Source: Octopus vulgaris (lineage: Eukaryota). Taken from it: DNA of 64,000 nt. The notes under the pieces were generated by a model. The model was not told the origin of the DNA, did not search any database, and was given only the letters and a program-made list of their open reading frames with translations. Below, one piece after another: positions 26,470-40,344 of the stretch; position 1 is the stretch's first letter; every line of letters begins with the position of its first letter. The position numbers were made by a program, and so were the translations under genes. The stretch lies in the NCBI GenBank assembly GCA_951406725.2, contig OX597821.1:46004001-46068000 (forward strand), given 5' to 3'.

Positions 26470-29400
26470 CAGACATTAAGTGTGAGGGCTTACATATAAG
26501 GAAATGTTAAAATAAAAAGTATTCACGGTATACATTAGAAGAAGGGAAGTATACATAGTATATGACACTAGAAAAAGAGGGATAGAAGAGATTGTGATGG
26601 GGGATTCCCTGATTCAGGAGGACCCGAAAGTCCTCCGCAATAGACTTGCCAGTTCATCTTCGTCGACGCCTATAGTCTCCCTGAGGACGTCGTCGCACTT
26701 CGCCGCTACTAATCCTCTGTAAATATCTCAAGTGGAACATCCACCGATCCTGTTGCCCGACTTGTAGAAGACAGTGAACGCCTAGCGACATTCAAAATGC
26801 CAGGCGCCCAGTCTCGGTTTATCCTTTACCAAGACTGTACCTCCGTCAAGGAGACGAGCTGCGGAAAGGCGTGTCTCACAAACGGAGTCCACACACGTTC
26901 ACCTTCTACAAATCGCTGCAGGTGATGCAACCCGAGTGCGTGTCTGCGTATTAAAATCCATAGCATACCTAAGCCGCCATGCAAAGGAAGTTGGCAGCAG
27001 ACTGACCGCCTGACTATTGGAACGCGTCCTTTCTACAAGAAAATAAACAGGATACGTTCTAATCTAAGCAAGCAGTAACTGGGGCAAGGCACAACGGTCA
27101 GGCGATAGATAATGACAGAAGCGATGTAGGCATTCGCCACCTCTGTTCGACCTTTCAGGAACGATTTCCTCTCTGCCCATTTCTGGGTAAGAAAGGTCGC
27201 CCTGTTCGTCACCTCTTCCCAGTTCTTATCCATCTGGAAGTCGAGACCAAACCAGATACCAAGCAGTTTCACTGGTCCGTCAGTCCAGCGTCCGACGACG
27301 CCGTCTGACGGCATAGATTTGCCTCTCCAGGTGCCCATTCGCAATCCCACCGACTTGTCAGCATTGATTTTAGGCCCTGCAACAGACTCATATTCCTTTA
27401 CAATGGAGCCAACCGTCTCCACTTCGGAGGCGTCCCACACCATGACGTTGAAGTCATCCGCGTATGTAGACACTGCCCTCCCGAGTCCAATTTCGAAATG
27501 GAAGCTTCTTAACTGCTCCACCTTCCGCAGAAGTGGTTTTAGAACCAGCATACACAGAAGAGGTGACAATGGGCAGCCCTGACGGACCGAACGTGCGATA
27601 CTAAACTGTTCTGATAGGTGGTCATTTACTTTAACCACCGAGCAGATGCCACTGTGCATTGCAGCAATCCAGCCTCTGAAAACAGGTCCAAAACCGGCCG
27701 CTTTAAGGACGGCTTCCAAGTGGCGAAGGTCTACACTATCGAAAGCTTTCGAATGATCTAAATTGATCAATGCCCCACCGAAGCCAGCCTACGATGTATC
27801 GCTTAAGGTGGAGGTTGTCGTGAAAATGGGGAGGTTATTCGCCTTGGTTTTCGAGAAAACCGGAAGTTCCGAGCTTCTCTACTGGCGAAAACTTTTTAAA
27901 AGGCTCTTCCAACAGCCTTTTATCAATAGATTTTTTTTTAATCCCCACACTTCCCGGGAATTTTCTGTCATAGTTTTATAAACGTCTGACGACGTTTTAA
28001 TTAAGAGTCGATGGTGGGTGTATGTGGCGAGGATGGGTTCGAGGATACAATCCTCAAATTCCTTTCCCTCTGTCTCTATACTCTTTTTATTTTGATTTAC
28101 AAAATCCATCAATTCCCTGTTACACTTGTTCACAACGGTGAAATTGATGAATACAGTTCGTCTACAGTCTGATGAATATTTTTGAAGTTCTGTAATCGGT
28201 TGTTTCTCAGTTTCTCTAATTTCATGATTTTGTTGATGATGTTGCTGTTTTTGAAGTTGTTGATCTTGTTCTTGCTGTTTTTGTTGGAGTGGCTGGGAAT
28301 TGTGTTGAAGTTGTGGTTTCAGAATAAGTTTTTGTTGATTTCTTGGAGGAGTAGGGCTTTGTACTTTCCTCCTCTTTCGCCTACCCGCTTTTGTCACTGT
28401 GATTCAGTGATCGTTCAGCTCTTCCTTCTCCATGTCATTGCAGTTGATATTGGTTTGGGAGGAAGAGCATTCAGGAGAAATTTGCTTTTCCGTGGCAACC
28501 GGGGGTAGACTCCTGTGGGAGAAGGTGTTGGTGTCTTGTGCACTTGTTTATGATTTAGCACTTGTGGTACTTGTAATGTTCGCTGCGGTGAGACTTCATT
28601 TTTCTTAGTTTCAGGGCAAGAAACCTTTAAGTGTTTTACAGATCTACATTTATGGCGTCTTGGTTTTATTCTCTCCGCGTACACTGACAGGCGAGTGCCA
28701 TCCGGGAGATCGATTAAATCGGGCAGCTGGTCTATATGGTCCTGCTTGCATTGCAAGGTCAGTTCCATACCTATACCTGACCAGTTTTGCTCAGGTAGTT
28801 TCTGCACCTCCCGTATTGAGACTTCGTCTTCTTCTCAACCTGCCAAGACGGCCGCCACTAACCAGGTAATGGATATTTCTGGCGGCACACTCAGCACCCT
28901 AATCTTGGCAAGACGTTAGCCGCGATAGCCGGGGATTAAGAAGTTGTCATTCAAAGTGGTTGCGGAATTACCTCTAGCTCCTTCTTTCGTCCCAAATCTC
29001 ACCTCAATGGTCCCAAACTTCTTTCCTCAGGTGATGTGGGACTTTTGCTCCCACACGCGTCCAAGGCATTTTTGTAATTCACTCTCGGGAGCATTTTCCA
29101 CCCGCCGAGACTTAACCCCGATGCAACGGTATGTGACCGTGCATCTTGCGGTATTTTCTATCACGTCCGATGGAGGGTTTAGAGCTACCCTTCTCCCATC
29201 TCTTTTTACAATTTTTCGAGCAAATTTTAACTCTTCTTCATTTATGTGTAAACACTCCATATGTTTCGCTGCTGGCGCAAAAGAAACAGGGGCGATATTT
29301 GCATTTTCATGTTTTATTTCTTTCGTATTGTTGTTGCTGTTATTATTATTAATGTTGTTGTTGTTGTTGCTGCTGCTGCTGCTGTCACTGGTGTTGCTGT

Positions 29401-29822
29401 TGTTCTCTTTGTAGACACCTACAATTTTGATGTTGCTTAGAGGCGAAACATTTTTCGCTCCGGTGACGTCATTAAGTTTAGGCCAATCGATGTTAATATT
29501 CTCATTTCTTTCTTTGTTCTCAAAATGTCTCAAGGGGCGGGCGAGTTCCTTTATCAGCCATCTTTAAAAATTGCAGAAAACTGCGAAATATTTGTTTTTG
29601 CTGAAAGCAGTTAAAATTCAAAAAAATATTTATGCGCATCCCCCTGCAAAACAGGGGGTTGTTTCTACACAAAAACACTATCTGCACAATCTAGACAATC
29701 TCCGAACTATAAAGGTAACAACAGAAATGAAAAGACAGGGCCTTAGAAGGCCGAAAAGATTACAAATACGTTTCCAACTTACGGAGCACCAAATGTCTGT
29801 GACTTCACAGCATGGAGACCAT
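26470..29822 (-). mobile_element. Tx1/L1-clade LINE relic (ORF1 plus deleted ORF2)
   Basis: ORF1 pieces at 29533-27879 carry a degenerate CCHC knuckle (PRRHKCRSVKHLKVSCP). The RT segment at 27770-27033 has INLDHSKAFDSV, VRQGCPLSPLL, YADD and KLLGIWFG. The endonuclease part is missing. (TAA)n flanks both ends. Confidence 0.88.
27033..27770 (-). pseudogene. reverse transcriptase fragment (Tx1/L1 ORF2)
   Basis: 245-aa open segment with RT motifs; truncated upstream and broken downstream. Confidence 0.9.
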
Positions 29823-29862
29823 AATAGTTATAATAATAATAATAGTAATAGTAATAATAATA

Positions 29863-29937
<75 letters not shown>

Positions 29938-30087
29938 AAAAAATTTTTTTTTTAAATGATGAACGAACTATTGAGTTTGGTTTAATGGCCTACCAATGTA
30001 TACTATGAGTTTCTTTGCCCTAGGAGTCTGGAAGACACTCGGCAAGGAATGGAAGCAAATTTGAAAGAAGAAAAAACAGTAATAATG

Positions 30088-30191
<104 letters not shown>

Positions 30192-30212
30192 AAGAAGAAG
30201 AAGAAGAAGAAG

Positions 30213-30246
<34 letters not shown>

Positions 30247-30589
30247 GCAACAACAATGTTATAATGTGGATCCTCGTCCACATGAATGTTGTCGGCAATG
30301 TAATATTCTTGTCGCCACTGATAGATGTTGTGGCGGCATTCTGCGTCTCGTCTTTGACTCGTCAGTCGTACAATCACTGATAGCTCCGCAAGGCAACGGC
30401 TTTGTAACGTCTACCTTGACAGTAACTCGAACTCGTGTATATCACATAACTGAACCTGACTCCTACTGAGAACTCGTACAACGACTCTACTACTACTGGC
30501 TTCCTACAACAACTGACTGACTTTATATCGGCTTTATCACGTGGGAAAGTGTGTACCATTTTCACCGTAACAAACAATGATAGCAATAA

Positions 30590-33500
30590 TGTTTTCTTTA
30601 TTAACCACTAAGAGTTCACAAAATCACTGGGAACGGTACAAAACAATACAATGTGGGATTACATAAAACGAAGCGTGCAAGCAGTGAAAACGATAGCAAA
30701 ATAAGTTTAAACAACGAAAAATTTCCCGAAAAGAGAGAGGCTTCCTATGGTTGTCCGTGGAAACTCCACAAAACCACGGAGACCCTGATCACTAGTGCAA
30801 ATGTCCTCTCTCCATCGTCTATAGGAACATGGTTAGAGCAGGCCCATTCACTCGGGCCATTCTTGTCACATTCATCCACCTTTCAAAAAAATATCGGGGT
30901 GTTAGTACTTTCCCCTCTACTCTCACTTTCTTTTTCAAGTGAAACTTGAAAAAGTTGAGAGCTTGGCCAAGAACAAAAAGTATCTGCCTTGAGCCCTTTC
31001 AGTCTGGTCCACCATACAACCTATTTCGCTAAGCCCACCGCGCAATGAAGCACTGCCTACTCTTTACGACTCAAGGAAGGCGGCGGGACGATCTTCACAA
31101 TGGATTCAGCCAATAGCCGGATCCGTCTTACACGTGACAGCAAGTACTCGACATAAACCCACAAATCAGCAATACTCGAGCACTGGGCGAGAGCGCGCAG
31201 AACAGTTTCGTCGTTCTGCGCGCATCTCGGGCAAGTCCAGATGACGGCATCTCCATGCCTGTAGAGTTTATCCCGAACCGGTAATGCCCCCACTCCCACT
31301 GGTAGCACTGCCAGGACAAGGATTTCTGGAAATTATTCATAACCACGGCCTGAAAATCCTCCGAAACAAATCAGCCAGTTGCTTCTCGTCGGCGTCCAGA
31401 CTCTTCCGAGAACGTCATCGCAACTTGCCTGCCACTAATCCTCTATGGAATGTCAAAGTGGAACTTCCACTGACCGCATTGCCCAACTGACAGAGTATTG
31501 TGAACGTTGTACGACACTGTAGGTGCCAGGTACCATGCCTCGGTCTACGTTTGATCCAGGACTGCAGATCAGCCAAAGAAACGAGCTGTGGAAGAGTGGG
31601 TCTGACAAACGGCAATTACACCTGCTCATCGTCAAGGAAGCACTGGAAATGTAGCCTCAGCGCATGTCTGCACATCAGCAGCCACAGCATACCCAAGGCA
31701 ACCCCAGGCCACACATTTATACTGCCTAATCTGAACAAGGTCATATTAGATAATGAAATAAACGGAGAAGAGGAAAAAGCTACTTACTTTAGTGTTGTGA
31801 GGGAGAGGGGATTGGTGTCCTGTTCCTCTGGTTAGATGTGGGCGTTTCCATAAGCGGTTCTTTGTAAAGTCTTTTGTATAATTTTTGGTAAAATTTCCCA
31901 CCCCGTCAATGCATTTATTTTTTAATGTGTTGTATGTGTTTTGTGTTATTTGTATGATTTTATGTGTAGATATGTTGGTATTCGGTGTGATGAAATTGCC
32001 CTGAAAGATGTCTGTATAATTGTGTATGTATTCCATTCGTACTTTGATGGTTGTGCTAATGGCAGTGTAATGTTCGTGTTGGGATTTGTGCTGAAACTGC
32101 TTGTTCCAGTCCCTCACTAATACGAAAGTGCGAGACGTTCCCAGCATCGTTCCTAGACACCTGCAGGAGTATAGCCTCCCATCCCCTGTCCTGGGGTTAC
32201 CAGCCTAAAGGCGTCACATTCACTGTTGTTCACGCCCCAGAACTCACCTTACCGTCTGGGTCCAACAAGATTCCCTGTACTTGGAGATATAAGGATTTCC
32301 AGAAAAGCACTGTTACCCCTCCACCCGATCCTATCAGTCCACGAGGTAAGAATATCTTGAGTCGTCAAAAATATCACCTACTGGTGCGTTCCAGAAAAAC
32401 TTTTCTCGGTAAAGACAGCAACATGTATATGTCGAACGACCTGATACCGTTGAGCAAGCTGACCCAAGCCACTCACATTCACACACCTCGCTTTAGTTCA
32501 GTCATGCTAGTCAGAGAAAGAAAAAGGGGAGATTACTCACCTTCATTTTCGAGAAGCCCAGATGCTGCGATCCTCTCTTCATGTGAATATTTTCCAAAAA
32601 GTACTTCTATACTCTTTTTTAAAATGTCCTAATTCGCTGGGATTCTGCCCCCGCCACGAATTGTTTTATAAATGCTAGATGTTTTTATTAACATCCATCA
32701 ACTCAGTGTTGTTTTTGTTTACAATTTTGTAATTGATGGGGAGTGCTTCAGTACAGTTTGAGATATTTTGTTTTTGCAGTTTTTGTTCTGGTTGTTGTAT
32801 TTTATGCTTTGTTGTTTTTGAAGCTGTAGTTATTATTAATTTTGTTGTTATTGTTGTTGCAGTGGTTACGAATTGGACTTTTGCTGTGCTCTTAGGGTGG
32901 GGCTTCGTACTCTTGTCCTCTTTCACCTGCTTCCTTTGGCGAATGTTTGCTATGTTTCGGCCCGTACTTCTTTCCCCATGTCATTGCTGTCGTTGTTGGT
33001 TTTGGGAGCTGGGCATTTAGGAAAAGTTTACTCTTCAGTGGGAGCCGAGTGCAAACTTATCCGTTGTCTTGTTTCAGGTGCAGATGTTGGAATCTTCCGC
33101 TCTTCTACTTGATTCTGTGTTTGTGGTGTTGGCAGCAGGCAGGATAACTTCTTTATCCAAGCGCAGAAAACCTTGAAGTACGTCATAGATCCACATATGT
33201 GGCATCTTGGCTTTCTCTTCTCAAATGTCACTAACACCCGGGAAGTCGATCGGGTCAGGTACTTCGTTAATGATTTTTGGTTGGCTTCTATGGTCAGTTC
33301 CATACCTATTCATGACCATTTTATTGAGATATTTTCTTTACCTCCAGGACGGTCACACTTTCTGCCATACATGCCAAGATGGCCGCCGCCAATCTGGTGG
33401 TTGATATTTCTGGAGGCACGTTTATCACCCTAACTTTTGCAATAACTGAAGTTTAAGCAGACTTCTTCATTCTTCAATGTCATCGTGGAATAAAACCCAG

Positions 33501-33640
33501 CCCCTGCTTCTGTCCCAAATAGCTCTTCAGCCGTGTCAAACTTCTTTCCTTAAATGATATGAGTCTTCTGTAGCTACATGCCTCCAAAGCATTTTTGAAC
33601 CTGGCCTTCTGTAGATTTATGGAGCTCCAAGTTACCATGA
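30590..33640 (-). mobile_element. second, more decayed Tx1/L1-clade LINE relic
   Basis: ORF1 remnant KPRCHICGSMTYFKVFC and IGMELTI, paralogous to the 28415 ORF. ORF2 C-terminus ALPVRDKLYRHG..CPRCAQNDETV. Many frameshifts. Confidence 0.8.
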
Positions 33641-34029
33641 CATCACAATATGGCGGCAATAATGGTAATAAAATTCAAGTGACAGATATGGAAAATGATT
33701 TTACAGTAATGTGCAAATTTATTAAAGAATATATATATTCATTAATATAATACTATAAACATCAATTCATAATACTTGGTCTCAGAGACGGTTATTAACA
33801 GTTAGTTAAGCTTATAGATTTCAGGTGATCAGTGACAGTCATGTTTTTCTCACGGCAATAAGTGCTCCAAGGAAAATGAAATGGTATGGTTCAGAACAAC
33901 AATTTTTTTCCCAACCATAACTGGAAATATGAATGATTGAATTAATATGAAAACATGTAATATGAAAATTGAATGATGTAGATCAGGATGGAAAATTCAT
34001 TTAAATTAGAGAAACCTTGATTGTATTTA

Positions 34030-34428
34030 AAATACAGCTTATGGTTATAAAGATACAGTTTATAGTTATAAGGATACTGTTTATAGTTATATAATTATAG
34101 CGTATGGTTGTATAAATATAGCTCATGGTTAAATAAATATAACTTATGGATATATAAATATAACTTAAGGTTATGTAAATATAGTTTATGGATATGTAAA
34201 TATAGCTTATGGTTATATAAATATAGTTTATTGTTTTATAAATATAACATAAGAATTATATAAATATAGCTTTTGATTATACAAATATAGCAATTGATTA
34301 TACAAATATAGTTATTGGTTTTATAAATATAACCTGTGGTTATGTAAATACTGCTTATGGTTATATAAATATAGATACTTATAAATATAGATAATTATAA
34401 GTTAGAGTTATATAAATATAGCTTACGG
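34030..34428. repeat. AT-rich minisatellite, about 21-bp unit (ATAAATATAGCTTATGGTTAT)
   Basis: About 18 degenerate tandem units. Confidence 0.85.
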
Positions 34429-35274
34429 TCAACCCTCTCGGCAGTTCCGATACTGGCCTCCCAATATATGTTCCCTGTTAAAATCGAACTTGTCAGCTTA
34501 TCAAATCGGTTTCTAAATAATCCGCACAACAAGTTTACGTCGTGGTTTCTATACAAAAACTTTGACTTTCTATAGAAAAGTATATTATCATTTTATGGTA
34601 TTTGTCACACCACTTTACGGTCTGAGTTCAAGCCCCACCAAGGCCTCCTTAGGTGACAGAATTAATTCTTCGGCCAGTTTAACACGTCTACTCAACATCT
34701 TGATTGCTTCAAGTAGAGTCCGGACCAGGTCTTTAGTGTTAAGGTATATTCTCCTCTCCCTTCTACTAGTTTCGGAGAACGTATAAAGAGTTTTAAGCAT
34801 TGCCCTCACTTACTAAAAGATAAAGAGAATGTGTGTGTGTGTGTGTGTGTCTGTGTGTGTGTGTGTGCGCGCGCCTGTGTGTGTGTCTGTGTGTGTTATT
34901 TACGAGAAGCAAAAAGTTAATATTAATGAAAATTTAAATTATGATGAATCGTATCATTCTTTAAACCCTAAGTTGGCTTTGGTTGAGCATCTTCGAAACA
35001 TGGCCATCCTCCCGTCTATATTTATAGTGTAAGCTTTTTTTTTAGGAGATACTGTTACTATTTCCAGCAATTCAAACGATGTTGGGGTGTCTCCCTTTTT
35101 CATTAGTTCAGTCGTGTTTTCATATTTCATTAAACGAATATAAACCAATTGCGTTTTATAAGGAGCGATTATTAAGAATTTATGAAGCAATCGACTTAAC
35201 TTAAACAACTAGAATACTCTTTTATTTTTCGTATTCTTTGTTCCTCTCTCTTCTGTCTGCTTACTCTTCCCCAA

Positions 35275-36112
35275 AGTCTACACTAGTCTAACGTATCTAG
35301 TTTGACTTCCTAAACTAAATTAACATGTCTAGTGGCTTGATCTTCCATATTAAACAAACATATCTAACGGTTTGGCTTTCTGTACAAAACGAACTTGACG
35401 AGAAATTTGACGTTCTAAACTAAGATGCCTAACTTTCCATACTAAACGAACACATCTAGTAGTTTTCCCCTCTACACTAAACTAACATGTCTACTAGTTT
35501 GATCTTCTATACTAACCTGTGTAATGATTTGATCTTCCATGCAAAACAAATATATTTATTAGTTTCACCTTCCGCATTAAACTAACATATCTAGTAATTT
35601 GATCTTCCATACTAAACCATCTATAATGGTTTGACCTTCCATACATAACTAACATATCTAGTCGTTTGATCTTCCATAGTAAAATAATATGTATAATGAT
35701 TTATCCTTTCATACTAAACTGACATATCTAGCAATTTGGCCTTCCATACTAAACTAAAATGTATAATGGTTTGACCTTCTATACTAAACTAACATATCTT
35801 ATAATTTGACCTTTCATACTAAACTAACAATTATAATGGTTTGACCTTCCATACTGAATTAGTATATCTATTTATCTGGCCTTCCATACTAAACTAACAT
35901 GTCTAGTATTTTGACCTTTCATGCTAAATATATGTATACAGGTTTGACCCTCTATATTAAACTAATATGTATAAAGGTTTGACCTTCCATACTAAACAAA
36001 CATGTATAACGGTTTGGGTCTTCCATACTAAACTGGCGTATCTAGTAGCTTGACCTTTCATGCTAAACTAACACGTCTAATGGTTTGACCTTCCATACTA
36101 AACTAACATGTC
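35275..36112. repeat. 35-bp minisatellite (TTGACCTTCCATACTAAACTAACAT...)
   Basis: TTGACC recurs at 35771, 35806 and 35841; about 23 degenerate units. Confidence 0.9.
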
Positions 36113-36758
36113 ACAGAAAATGGAACTTCAAAACATACACAGATGTTTACCAATCGAAACGCAGTGTTGCGATAATGAAAACATTAAACCAAAAATAAAA
36201 CACAAACATAAATAAACAAAACTCGCCAGACTAGGTTAGTGGAACGATCAATAAATCTCGTTGTGCAACGCTAATATATCTGAATCCTATCTACTTCACA
36301 AATATATTTTCACACAGAAACCTAATGTAGATACAGTAGAACTCTCATAGAAATGATAGAAGTGTGTACTTGTTCGTTGAGTCATTTCTTTGTTTTTTGT
36401 GTCGACCTCACCGCGTAGGTTGTGAGAATTACCTGCGATATTGCTGAAATCAGAAAAATATATAACCAGAAGCTTGTGTTTTACATTTTCAAGACTCCTA
36501 AACACACGTTTTTATTTGTCAAGTTGAATTTCGTCCGCATAGCTTTCCCTTCTGATACACTGATTCATATGTGAAAAGTACACATCTACTTACACACAGC
36601 AATAAGGCACTGAATACGCTATTCAGGGTATATATATATTATATTTTAATTTGAAAATACTTTAGAAATTACTGTGGTGCCTCAAGTTTCGTTTAAAACA
36701 CTTTTCAAAACCATCCAGTGTTATACAGGAGACGCCGAAGTGTTTGCAGTTTCAATAT

Positions 36759-36869
<111 letters not shown>

Positions 36870-36884
36870 ATATATATGTATATA

Positions 36885-38114
36885 TATTGGGTCAACCCAT
36901 AAATAATTCGTTTTTTATATACTTTTATTTTTCAAGATTAAGATAAACAAAGTTTGTTTTTTTTTAATCTAAAAATATGCTCTCCTTCCCTTTCTACAAT
37001 GCTCTTCTATATGGTAGACTTGCAAGGCCCCTCTTCCAAAATTCACTTGTCCGTGATGAAAAGTACTCCTCCGCTACTGTTCTGACCTCGTTTACAAAAT
37101 TCATATTTTTTCTGTCCAAATGATTTTGAAGATTGCGGAAAAAATGATAACCAGATGGGCCAATGTCCTGCGAATATGGTGGGGTGAGGCATTGTTCCCC
37201 ATTCAAACTGCTCCAACCTTTGGAATGTCATCCTCGCTGTATGGAAGAACACCTTTCGTCTTGAAACCAAAGATGGTCGTTTTTCTTCTAGCGCTGACTT
37301 AAGCCGCTCAAGCTAAATCTCCTTTGTTATCGTTTGGTTTGGGTTTAAAAGCTCAAAGTGGGCTAAACCTTTCATATCCCACCAAACAGATAATAATACC
37401 TTACGTGGGTGAAGACTTTCTTTAGCCTGGGGTGCCGGTATTTCTCCTTTCCCCACTCACTGTCTTCGGCGCTTGACATTTTTATAGAGAACCCATTTCT
37501 CGTCACCAGTCACTATTCGATCCACAAAAGGTTCATTTGTCAGACGTGACAGCAAGGAAGAGCATACATTCAATCTCTGCGCGCGATTAGGCTCGGAAAG
37601 TTTGTGAGGAACCCATTGACCCAATTTGCTGACTTTTCCGATGGCACGCAGGTGTCATTGAATGGTTGACTGACCAAAATCCAAGCTTCCCTGCTAGTTC
37701 CTCAACGCTTAAGATGAGATTTTGTTCCACCAGAGTTTACAGGACTTCTCGTCGAGGTCTACAGATTTTCCAGGACTAGGCTCGTCTTCTAGGCTGTAGT
37801 TTCCGGCTCAGAATTTCTGGTACTACTGTCGACACGACCATACGCTTATTATCGATCCTCATTTACTGCATTAATATTCCTCGCACTTTCCGTTGCGTTG
37901 TTGCCTTTATTGAACTCATAAAGCAAAATATGCCGAATATTCTCCTTTCTCACTTCCATTATAACATTGAAAAAATAACTGTTAAAGTCGAAGTGCACTC
38001 TTCAAAACTTGCACTAAAAATAAGGACAAAGTAAAATTACTACCTGCTTTTATAGGAAGTGAATGCAGGTAATTTCTCCCGTCCCTCTCCACATTATTTA
38101 TAGGATAACCCAAT

Positions 38115-38115
<1 letters not shown>
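36885..38115 (-). mobile_element. mariner (DD34D-type) element, near full length, inactive
   Basis: TIRs TATTGGGT.A.CC.ATAAATAAT. The transposase starts at ATG 37959 (MEVRKENIRHILLYEFNKGNNATESARNI) and includes WVPH, VTGDEKWVLY and PPYSQDIGPSGYHFF, with frameshifts. Confidence 0.92.
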
Positions 38116-38167
<52 letters not shown>

Positions 38168-38267
38168 TAATCCAAACAAGAAAACAAAAACAAAAAAAAA
38201 CAACAACGCAAGGACATGGAACAAATAAAGTATTATTGGACGCTCAGGAAAGAAGGGAAGAAGGAGG

Positions 38268-38302
38268 GTTTGACGTTTCGAGCGGAGCTCTTCGTCGGAA
38301 AC
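38268..38302 (-). ncRNA. minimal hammerhead-like motif (U4C variant)
   Basis: guuu-CCGACGA-a-gagc-ucc-gcuc-GAAAC-GUC|aaac, within a roughly 200-bp (TA)n-embedded repeat (38163-38370) related to the 22508/58293 family. Confidence 0.6.
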
Positions 38303-38367
38303 ATAAGAGAAGGAAAGATCCCGAGAAGGGAAGACAGGGGGAAAAATCGCTAGTGATACAGACTAGG

Positions 38368-38412
<45 letters not shown>

Positions 38413-39470
38413 TAATATATGCATGTGTGTGTATGTAAGTATGTATGAATGCGTGTGTGTGTGTATATATAATATATATATACAACAAGTAAAGTTAATC
38501 GCCACATCAATAAGGCTGTTCAATGTTACTACTGCTTTAACTTCAGGCAGATCTTCCACCAGCTGGTTATAGGTGCAGCCTGCACCTTGTACATTTGTGT
38601 TGCCTGCAGGAGAGTGAACCCCTACCATCCTCCAGCAGACGGCAGGATCGCTAGACTTATTTGGCTTCCAGCTACTTTGCTCATCCTCAGTCGTGAACAC
38701 CTTTTCGTCAGAGAGATGGCCAGGGTCCACTCCAGCAAGCAATATATAGTAAACACAGCGACCATCGGTCACTGATTTGCAAAAAGCACACATGTATGTA
38801 TGCATGCATGCATGCATGTATGTATGTATGTATGTATGTATGTATGTATGTATGTATGTATGTATGTATGTATGTATGTATGTAGGTATACTCACACATA
38901 TATGCTCGAGACTGTTCGATCTGGTTGCCCCACAAAAAGTCTCAGCTAAGAGCATTAGATTTTTTGGTAAGAAAACTAGCAAATGTGTACAGCAACAAAG
39001 ACAAAAAAAACGGAGAACATGGTACACAATAACAAATACAAACAACAAGAATATAACAACAGATGTCTTTCGACTGAGAACGAATCAAATTGAGCTGGCG
39101 TGTATGAAGTAAAGCCTAAAGGCAGGAAGAGAGGAGATGCACATAAGAGGTGTTGGCGGTGGGCAGTGAGGCCAAGAAAGAAACAGCATGGCTGGTCACA
39201 TGGAAGGAGGAGATAAGGGTAGGGGACAACGGGATTGAAGGATTAGAAAAAATCAGAGACAAAGGGAAAGGTACAGGGGAGATAAATGAGGAGGAAAAGT
39301 GAGAGTTGAAGAAAGAGAGGGTCAAGAAATGTGAGAGAGAGGGGGGCGAGAAAAGGAAAAGAAGAAAAAAGATACATACTTACTATAAGGTGAGCACAAG
39401 TGTGTACGTACTCGGCTATATGTATATATAATTATAAAAAATGGGACAAAAACGTAATGGAGGACAATCC

Positions 39471-39831
39471 AGCTTACCAACCACATGGTTCCGGGTTCAG
39501 TCCCACTGCTTGGCACCTTGGGCAAGTGTCTTCTACTATAGCCTCGGGCCGACCAAAGCTTCGTGAGTGGATTTGGTAGACGGAAACTTAAAGAAGCCCG
39601 TCGTATATATGTATATATCTGTATATATATGTGTGTCTGTGTTTGTCCCCCTAGCATTGCTTGACAACCGATGCTGGTGTGTTTACGTTACCGTAACTTA
39701 GCGGTTCGGCAAAAGAGACCGATAGAATAAGTACTAGGCTTACAAAGAATAAGTCCCGGGGTCAAATTGCTCGACTAAAGGCGGTGCTCCAGCATGGCCG
39801 CAGTCAAATGACTGAAACAAGTAAAAGAGAG
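39471..39831 (+). mobile_element. SINE family C, 5'-truncated
   Basis: Matches the 23955 copy. Confidence 0.9.
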
Positions 39832-39871
<40 letters not shown>

Positions 39872-39872
39872 C

Positions 39873-40228
39873 ATATTTGCCACTCAAATGTGGCTAACCC
39901 CTAAGGGTACATGCTACTGTAGCTTGTAGCCCCAGGAGGACACCTCATCCAGTTGGCTATTGACACACTTTCTGTGCCCTATCAGTATTTGCAAAGGGGA
40001 GCCATCCTTCTCGCCTTCAACCTAGTATGATACACACGGACTCGAGTTTCCAGGTATTGACCCATCATCAGCGAGTGACAATCACCGGTTGTCGATGAAA
40101 AGTAGGCCCCCCGTTTGCAAATATATATCCTTTTTCCAGTGACGAACAGTTACTGGTATCGAAAAAGTGTAAACAAGCAAAAATAAATCTCACCTTTAGG
40201 GGTTAGCCACATTTATGAGGCAAATATA
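39873..40228. mobile_element. small element with inverted termini and internal HHR
   Basis: Inverted ends of about 35 bp (ATATTTGCC...AAATGTGGCTAACCCCTAA.GGT). HHR at 40033-40077 on the minus strand. Confidence 0.65.
40033..40077 (-). ncRNA. hammerhead ribozyme motif
   Basis: cacucg-CUGAUGA-ugggu-caau-accug-GAA-ACUCGAGU-C|cgugug. Canonical core, palindromic stem III, GUC triplet. Confidence 0.8.
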
Positions 40229-40294
40229 CTTCACGATGTCGTGCAGCTACCGTTTATACCTCGTTCAGAGATTTATACATATATATATACATAC

Positions 40295-40344
<50 letters not shown>

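Noticed and set aside
35275-36112. 35-bp periodic array as a possible CRISPR
   Set aside because: The units are head-to-tail degenerate repeats without unique spacers, there are no cas genes, and the context is eukaryotic.
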